Of a stretch of DNA of 64,000 nucleotides, positions 57,420-64,000 are shown piece after piece. The position numbers and the translations under genes were made by a program. Numbering within the stretch: the stretch's first letter is position 1; every line of letters starts with the position of its first letter. The stretch is from Nannocystis bainbridge. GTDB taxonomy: Bacteria; Myxococcota_A; Polyangia; Nannocystales; Nannocystaceae. Below the pieces are notes generated by a model, which was not told where the DNA came from, ran no database searches, and worked only from the letters and a program-made list of their open reading frames with translations. The DNA lies in contig NZ_JAQNDL010000001.1 of the NCBI RefSeq assembly GCF_028368995.1, forward strand, positions 1,696,001-1,760,000. The letters run 5' to 3'.

Positions 57420-58661
57420 TTACATCAGCTGGCGGCGCTCGAACTCCGAGCGGAGCTTGCGCAGGGCCTGCTCCTGGAGCTGACGGATGCGCTCGCGCGA
57501 CAGCGAGTAGTTGGCGCCGATCTCCTTGAGGGTGAGCTCGGGCTCGCCGTCCATGCCGACGCGCTTGCGCAGGATGTCGGCCTCCATCGGCGACAGCTTC
57601 TCGAACACCTCGAGCAGGGCGTCCTGGAGGACGGCCGAGTCCATCAGCTCGGACGGGGCGACCTGGGTCGCGTCGACCAGGGTGTCGGCCAGGCTGCCCT
57701 CGCCGTCGCGGGTGGCCGGCAGCGAGAGGCTCAGCGGCTGGTCGATCAGCGACCAGCTCATCCGCTGGATGCGCTCCATGCTGATGCCGGTGGCCGAGGA
57801 CAGCTCCTCGTCGGTCGGGCAGCGGCCGTACATCACCTCGTACTCGCGGCGGGCGCGGCTGACCTTCTTGCACGCGTCGATCATGTGCAGGGGCAGGCGG
57901 ACGCTGCGGTCGGTGTCGACGATGGCGCGGGTGATGGCGTAGCGGATCCACCAGGCGGCGTAGGTGGCGAAGCGGCAGCCGCGGGTCGGGTCGAAGCGGT
58001 CGACGGCCTTCATCAGGCCCATGTTGCCGTCCTGGATCAGGTCCTGCAGCGGGATCGAGCTGCGGGCGAAGCGGCGGGCGATGGCGACCACGAGGCGGAG
58101 GTTGGAGCGCACGAAGGCGTTCTTGGCCAGCATCACCGCGTTGTGGGCCCGGCGGGCGGCGGCGACGTAGCGGACGAACGGGGCGCTGTCGCGGTACGGC
58201 GGCTTGACCTTCATGTTGGTGGCGACGCCGCGGTCGCTCTCGAGCCCGGTGAGGTCGGCGAGGATCGAGTCAGCCACCACGCTGTCGACGTCGGCGAACA
58301 CGAGGCGCTCGATGAGGGCGTTGCGCGCGGCGGTGAAGGCCTCCTCGTGGCTCTTGAGGACGCGGTCGCGGAGGGCGCGCGAGGTCTTCTCGACCGCCTC
58401 GAGCACGGCCGGCGGGACCGACTCGGCCGACAGGCGCTCGGCCACCAGGGCGCAGATCGCCGAGACGAACGGCGGGTAGGCGAGGAAGGCGGCCCACATG
58501 GTCTTGCGCAGCTCGATGAGGCGCGTCGCGGCGACGAGCTCCTCGTCTTTACCCATCACCGTGACATCGGCGAGCTCTCGGAAGTACCGCGCGGTCGTGG
58601 CACCACCGAACGAAGAGGTGGAGGTGCTGGCATTCCCGGAAGTGGCGATTTGGTTGAGCAT
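57420..58661 (-). CDS. RpoD/SigA-family sigma-70 factor lacking region 1.1 (alternative, group 2-like)
   Basis: NLRLVVAIARRF, DLIQDGNMGLMKAVDRFD, FATYAAWWIR and TLKEIG..YSLSRERIRQL motifs. Confidence 0.92.
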   Translation of the reverse strand: MLNQIATSGNASTSTSSFGGATTARYFRELADVTVMGKDEELVAATRLIELRKTMWAAFLAYPPFVSAICALVAERLSAESVPPAVLEAVEKTSRALRDRVLKSHEEAFTAARNALIERLVFADVDSVVADSILADLTGLESDRGVATNMKVKPPYRDSAPFVRYVAAARRAHNAVMLAKNAFVRSNLRLVVAIARRFARSSIPLQDLIQDGNMGLMKAVDRFDPTRGCRFATYAAWWIRYAITRAIVDTDRSVRLPLHMIDACKKVSRARREYEVMYGRCPTDEELSSATGISMERIQRMSWSLIDQPLSLSLPATRDGEGSLADTLVDATQVAPSELMDSAVLQDALLEVFEKLSPMEADILRKRVGMDGEPELTLKEIGANYSLSRERIRQLQEQALRKLRSEFERRQLM

Positions 58662-58689
58662 GGTGGACCCCTCGGCTGGCTCGATAAGC

Positions 58690-58870
58690 TTCGCAATGAT
58701 CAGATCAAGAGGACGTCAGGAGAACGCTACAGGGCATCAAGATCCCGTAAAGAACGACGTTAACTGCGAACTATGCGCGGTTTTTCTTCGACTTTGACCG
58801 ACTGTGACCGACTGTCGACGATTTTCGTCTAACTAACAAAGCTATCGAGGCTCGTTAATTTCGAGTTTGC
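58690..58870 (-). promoter_or_regulatory. AT-rich upstream control region of the sigma gene with TGACCGACTG x2
   Basis: Clearly lower GC than the flanks, with a tandem 10-bp repeat at 58795-58814. Confidence 0.45.
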
Positions 58871-59314
58871 CTCCCGTGTTTGTGGCCCCTGCACCCCACA
58901 TAATCGGCGGGAGCCCCGAAAACCGACGCAAGCCCGCTATGCACAGTCCGACGCGGCCCACCTCGCGCCCACTCCTACGAGTCGACCGACGCGCCGCGAG
59001 CCGAATCTTCACAGCTGCCGCGCGACGACTCCCTGTGTCACGAGGCGATCGAGCTGGCCGCCCGTGATGCGCGAGAGGTCGCGAGCCGCTGGTGGCCGAC
59101 GCGAAGCACGGCGGGAGCGACGACATGTCTTCGGGCAGCGCGTCGACGCGTGCCAGCGAACCGCCGCTCGCGGCACGACGCGCGCACGTTCGCGGCGCGT
59201 CGATGGTTCACCGAGTCCGCGCCGGCGTGTCTTCCGACAGATCGTCGGCTCATGCCGGCGAGCCGCGCTCCAACACGGCACGTCGGGTCGATCAGTGAGA
59301 ACACGTTGCCCGTT

Positions 59315-60214
59315 TTATGGCCACTCGCGCGCGCTGTCGGGCGGCAAGACGTTGGTGAACACGCTGGCGCGCAGGTCGGCGATGCGCGCGGCGGACGGCC
59401 GGCCGCCGGTGCGCGTGGCGACCATCGAGCGGCGAAACAGGCAGCCGTCGGCGCCGAACAGGAGCGAGCCGTCGTGGTCCCAGTCGGCCCAGTCGAGCTG
59501 GCCCAGCGCCTCGGACGACCGCTCGATTGCGCCGCTGCGCTCGACCAGGCGATAGCTGCAGACGCTGCCCGGACCGTTGACCTCGAACATGCCGAGCCAG
59601 CTGCGCTCGAGGGTCAAGCGCCGATGCACCGGGTTTTGCTTCTCGAAGGTCCACGGCTCGGCGAACACGACGCGCATCGTCGAATCCGGGCCGGGCACGC
59701 CGTCGACGCCGCGATTTGTCAGCGTCCAGCCCTGCGACGACTCGGGGGTGTTCGCGCCGCGCCGTGCGCGATACTCCGTGATGTGACCGATCTCGAAGTC
59801 GGGCGGGACCGTGCTGTGGTCATGGAGCTCGGTGATCACCCGGCCATAGTTGAGGATCAGCCTGCGGTTGCCTTCAAAAAAACCGCCGCCGCCCCAGGTG
59901 CTGCCGTCGGGCCACAGGGCCAGCGCGGTGAAGTACGGCGGGCGGCTGACGGCCGTGAAGGTCGCTATCTTGGTCTTGAACTTGCCCGCGAAGTAGACGA
60001 CCAGCCGGCCGTCGGGCGAGATGCCGCAGCGCTCGTCGTAGATGCGACCCGAGAGCCACTGGCCCGGCGTGACCACGTCGCGCGCGAGGTCCCAGCGCAG
60101 CATCTGCACCTGCTTGCTCGGCCCGCGACGAAATACCACCGCCGTGCGCGCGGCGCCGGCGACCAGCGCGAAGGTCCGCGCGCTCGCCCGCGTCTGCTTG
60201 CTGCGTTCGGCCAT
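59315..60214 (-). CDS. Hypothetical protein, beta-propeller-like
   Basis: AVVFRRGPS...W...GQWL.GRIY...SPDG and WADWD..G.LLF motifs, with GC3-rich codons. Confidence 0.75.
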   Translation of the reverse strand: MAERSKQTRASARTFALVAGAARTAVVFRRGPSKQVQMLRWDLARDVVTPGQWLSGRIYDERCGISPDGRLVVYFAGKFKTKIATFTAVSRPPYFTALALWPDGSTWGGGGFFEGNRRLILNYGRVITELHDHSTVPPDFEIGHITEYRARRGANTPESSQGWTLTNRGVDGVPGPDSTMRVVFAEPWTFEKQNPVHRRLTLERSWLGMFEVNGPGSVCSYRLVERSGAIERSSEALGQLDWADWDHDGSLLFGADGCLFRRSMVATRTGGRPSAARIADLRASVFTNVLPPDSAREWP

Positions 60215-60727
60215 CGCGGGCGAGCGTACTGCGAATGCCCCGGCTTCGGGGTCTCACTCGTCGCGGCTGCGGCGTCTCGACCATCGTGGGCCGGCGGCGG
60301 ATGTCGAGTCGGCGGCCGTCGCCGCGGGGCTCGTCGACTTCGGTGACAGCGCGCACGGATGCATGGGCCCGCACCAACATGACCGGAACCATCACGCCGA
60401 ATTGGAAGACGAGGTCGAACTCAATGAAGACGATGGCTGCGTCAACGAGGCGTTCCCGGGCGCGCTGAACGTTGTGGACGAGTCGGAGTCTTGCGGCCGC
60501 GGATGAGGGCGTGGGTGCCATCAGCGTCGTCCTGATTGGATGGCCGTGTCCGCTGCTGCTCGAAGGGGCGGCCGCGCCTCCAGCTCTCACGCGCCGAGGG
60601 GCCCTCCTCACGCTCGCGGGCCCGCGTCGCGCTCCCCCCCCTCGCTCACCGGCGGCCGATCCGGACGAGATCCCCGCGGCGGCGCCATGCCGGTCGTACG
60701 CGGCGCGCGTCTCGCTCCGCGACGGCA

Positions 60728-60838
60728 CGACATGTCTCTTCGGACAGTTTTATATCTCCACAAGAACATGACGGCGCTCTCGACTCGCGGCACGGCGCGG
60801 CTGCTCGTCGCACTTCGGCATGTCTCTCGGGACAGATC
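60728..60838. repeat. Degenerate RRACATGTYY pairs
   Basis: 14-bp pairs at 60731/60745, 60753/60767 and 60819/60833. Confidence 0.6.
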
Positions 60839-63186
60839 GCATGCGCGACCTCGCTCGCGGCCGATCTCGCGGAAACGCGCACGGACGGCAGCCAGTGCCC
60901 CGTAGGCGCGGTATCGGCGATCGCGCCGTCGTCGACCACACGCGCGATTTCATGCGCTCGCTGTGCCCCGGCGCGCTCGCACGCGGGCCTTTGCGGCGGT
61001 GCGTCCCGCGGCTGCGCTGCGCGACAAGACTTCCGGCCGGATGGCGCGGGCGCGGGGGGCCAGGGGTCGGAATCGAGCGCGGGGCGGAGGTCGGCACGAA
61101 GGCTCCGCTCCCGCCCTCGTTGCGGCCGCAGCTGGCCACGGCCGTCACCGCGCCGCCCGCGGGCAGCGGCTGGATCTACGAGAGCAAGCTCGACGGATAC
61201 CGGATCCTCGCGCGGATCGCCGGCGACGACGTCCGGCTGTTCACCCGCAACGGCCACGACTGGACCGCGCGCATGGGCCCCTTGCGCGACGAGCTCGCGC
61301 GGCTCGAGCTCTCGGCGGCGTGGCTCGACGGCGAGATCGTGGTCCTCGACGCCAGGGGCAGGCCCGACTTCCAGCGGCTGCAGCGCGCCTTCGACGACGC
61401 CAGCGCCGACGACATCGTCTACTTCGCCTTCGACCTGCTCCACCTCGATGGCCACGACCTCCGCCGCGTGCCGCTCGTCGAGCGCCGCGAGCTCTTGCGC
61501 GAGCTGTTGCTGGTCCGCCGCCCCGGCGAGCACCTGCGGTTCAGCGAGACGCTCACCGGCCCCGCCCAGCGCCTGCTGGCCAGCGCCTGCGAGCAAGGGC
61601 TGGAGGGCATCATCGGCAAGCGCGCCGACAGCCTCTACACGTCGTCGCGCTCGCCGGCGTGGATCAAGCTGAAGTGCACGCTGCGCCAGGAGTTCGTGGT
61701 CGGCGGCTACACCGAGCCGAAGGGCAGCCGCACGGGCTTCGGCGGGCTGCTGCTCGGGGTCCACGACGACGACGGCCAGCTCGTGTACGCCGGCAGCGTC
61801 GGCACCGGCTTCGACGACAAGGCGCTGCGCACGATCTTCACCCGACTGCGCGCGCTCGCGGTCGACCGGTCGCCGTTTCATGACCGGCCGCGCGACGTCA
61901 AGGGCCACTGGGTGCGGCCGGCGCTGGTCGCCGAGGTGTCGTTCAGCGAGTGGACGAGCGACGGCCGCGTGCGTCACCCGGTGTTTCACGGGCTGCGCAC
62001 CGACAAGGACCCGGCGACGATCGTGCGCGAGCGGCCGCAGGCGAGCCCGTCCGGGCGAGCGCGTACACCCGCGAGAGGGGCTGCCGTCGCGGCGCGCGCT
62101 TCGAGCGAACGAGGGCAAGCCCGTGCCAGCGCAGGCCCGCCAGACGTTGCCCCGCGCGCTTCGAGCGAACGAGGGCGCGCTCGTGCCAGCGCTGGCTCGC
62201 CAGGTACCGTCGCCGCGCGCGCGACGAGCGAGCGAGCGCGGGCCCGTGTAAGCGCTGGCCCGTCAGGCGCCGCCAATGCGCGCGCGACGGCCGATTCCCC
62301 GCGAGCCCCCGCGATCAAGGTCACCCACCCCGAGCGGATCGTCGATGCGCAGAGCGGGGCCACGAAGCTCGACCTGGTCCGCTACTACGAATCAGTGGCG
62401 GCGGCCATGCTGCCCCACCTCGCCGCGCGCCCGCTGTCCCTGGTGCGCGCGCCGACCGGGGTGGCGGGCGAGCAGTTTTTTCAGAAGCACGGCGAGACCG
62501 GCTCGCTCCCGGGGTTTCGTCCGCTCGCGGCGCGTCGCCCGGGCCGCCCGGCGCCGCTCGAGATCGCCAGCGCCGACAGCCTCGTCGCCGCCGCGCAGAT
62601 GAACGTGATCGAGTTCCACACCGGCAACGCTTCCGCGCCGGACCTCGAGCGTCCGGACCGCGTCATCTTCGACCTCGACCCCGGCGAGGGCGTGCCCTGG
62701 ACGGTGATGCAGGACGCCGCGCGCCTGACCAAGGCGATCCTCGAGCTCCTCGGCCTGCGCGGCTTCCTCAAGACCAGCGGCGGCAAGGGCCTCCACGTGG
62801 TCGTGCCGCTGCGACCGACCTGGTCTTTCGACCAGGTCAAGGATTTCTCGCGCGCCGTGGCCGAGCACCTGGCCGCCACGCTGCCGGCCCTGTTCGTGGC
62901 GAAGAGCGGCGCCCGCAACCGCCGCGGGCGGATCTTCGTCGACTATCTGCGCAACGGGCAGACGGCGACCACGGTGGCAGCGTTCTCGGCGCGGGCCAGG
63001 CCGGGCCTCGGCGTCAGCGTGCCGCTGGCCTGGACGGAGCTCGACAAGCTCACCGCCGGCGACCAGTGGAATATTTTCAACGTGCCCGCCCGCCTCGATG
63101 CGCTGCGCAAGGACCCGTGGGCCGGCTACGGCAACGACCAGACGCTCGACGCCGCGGCCGAACGCCTGGCCGGCTCGAGCCGTTGA
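60820..63186 (+). CDS. ligD: DNA ligase D (ATP-dependent ligase plus primase-polymerase domains; no phosphoesterase domain; start uncertain)
   Basis: ESKLDGYR adenylation motif, EGIIGKR, WIKLK, then PDRVIFDLDPG, KTSGGKGLH and IFVDYLRN. Homology begins at about 61100. Confidence 0.9.
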   Translation: MSLGTDRMRDLARGRSRGNAHGRQPVPRRRGIGDRAVVDHTRDFMRSLCPGALARGPLRRCVPRLRCATRLPAGWRGRGGPGVGIERGAEVGTKAPLPPSLRPQLATAVTAPPAGSGWIYESKLDGYRILARIAGDDVRLFTRNGHDWTARMGPLRDELARLELSAAWLDGEIVVLDARGRPDFQRLQRAFDDASADDIVYFAFDLLHLDGHDLRRVPLVERRELLRELLLVRRPGEHLRFSETLTGPAQRLLASACEQGLEGIIGKRADSLYTSSRSPAWIKLKCTLRQEFVVGGYTEPKGSRTGFGGLLLGVHDDDGQLVYAGSVGTGFDDKALRTIFTRLRALAVDRSPFHDRPRDVKGHWVRPALVAEVSFSEWTSDGRVRHPVFHGLRTDKDPATIVRERPQASPSGRARTPARGAAVAARASSERGQARASAGPPDVAPRASSERGRARASAGSPGTVAARATSERARARVSAGPSGAANARATADSPRAPAIKVTHPERIVDAQSGATKLDLVRYYESVAAAMLPHLAARPLSLVRAPTGVAGEQFFQKHGETGSLPGFRPLAARRPGRPAPLEIASADSLVAAAQMNVIEFHTGNASAPDLERPDRVIFDLDPGEGVPWTVMQDAARLTKAILELLGLRGFLKTSGGKGLHVVVPLRPTWSFDQVKDFSRAVAEHLAATLPALFVAKSGARNRRGRIFVDYLRNGQTATTVAAFSARARPGLGVSVPLAWTELDKLTAGDQWNIFNVPARLDALRKDPWAGYGNDQTLDAAAERLAGSSR
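62090..62292 (+). repeat. About three 60-63-bp tandem repeats in the LigD interdomain linker
   Basis: Encodes ARASSERGQARASAGP / PRASSERGRARASAGS / ARATSERARARVSAGP. Confidence 0.8.
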
Positions 63187-63365
63187 GCGTTGACACTCGC
63201 CGGCCCCGGCTCTCCCGCGTCGCATGCATTCCGTCCGCACGCGGTCCGCGATGCATTGGCACCACTGCATGCGAACCCCGCCGCAGCGAGGTCATCGCCC
63301 CCACCAGGCCATCTCGAAGCCTCCGTATCTTCGCTATTGCACGCGGCACAGCGAACGCCCGACTC

Positions 63366-64000
63366 TCAACTGCCGAACAAGCAAACACATATTGGGTTGC
63401 CTCCTGCGTTCCCGCAGACGTCTCTTTGCACGACGCCCAGCTCGTCCAGTGCCAAATGGACGCTCTCCTCGGAGAGGAGCGCATTGTAGCGGATCGTCAC
63501 CCGGCTCGGCGCCGGAGCGCCATTCGCCACCAGCGCGTCGAGGATCTCCGCCGACATCAGCGCCTCGTTCCCATCCAGCGTGATCCGCTCGATCGCCCTG
63601 AGAGCGCCGAACCCGGCGAGGTCGCCAAGCGCAAGGTTGTTAGCGTCCGCGAACATGTCCGCGCAGACACCGATCCTGATCCAAACCAACGTCTCCAGCG
63701 CTTCAAGATGGATCGATTCGACTTTCGGGTTGTCGAAAAAAGAAATCCCGACGAGGTCACGCAGTTCGTCGAAACCAGCGACTGTCCTGAGATTCGTATT
63801 CCCCTGGACGATCATCGCACTAACCTCCCGAAGACTTCCGAGCCCTCGGTGGACTCCAGTTGTGTATTATACTGAACATCCAGCGATCCATCAATCGTAT
63901 GGATGCACTTCAGGAACGAGAGATCCCGCTGATCGCTCTCGTCGAAGAGGATGCGAAGGTCACCTTCGACGACACCGATATTCTCCAGGGCCGCCAAATC
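63366..64000 (-). pseudogene. Receptor-L-domain/LRR-like protein, frameshifted near 63843-63845 (5' part outside the window)
   Basis: ORFs 63812-63997 and 63366-63815 join into ...LESTEG-LGSLREVSAMIVQGNTNL... if one G is added to GAGGGCTC. Could also be a sequencing error. Confidence 0.6.

Overview
A very GC-rich (by eye roughly 70-75%) bacterial window with myxobacterial hallmarks: four Ser/Thr kinase genes, many Cys-rich lipoproteins, a MYXO-CTERM-type tail and an ADYC-like protein. A Nannocystis-like origin is my inference. About 45 plausible genes are present. I see no rRNA, tRNA, CRISPR array or transposase. Most long ORFs in the six-frame track are antisense or shadow frames. Three things stand out. 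(1) About 14 intergenic arrays of a 10-bp palindrome (consensus RRACATGTYY, best copy GGACATGTCC) repeat with a 14-bp period, roughly one every 4-5 kb and mostly next to gene 3' ends. (2) A type I secretion-like operon (ABC-HlyD-TolC-ABC) in which both ABC ATPase domains have lost the Walker A Lys, the catalytic Glu and the switch His. (3) Directly upstream of that operon, a small signal-peptide ORF ending in RGPP, the signature of RAPP/RGPP ribosome-arrest peptides. Further leads are an HTH-citrate synthase fusion with a perfect 19-bp candidate operator repeat, a membrane-tethered ECF sigma factor, a bacteriocin/immunity-like pair, unassigned repeat proteins and a leaderless-promoter signature.
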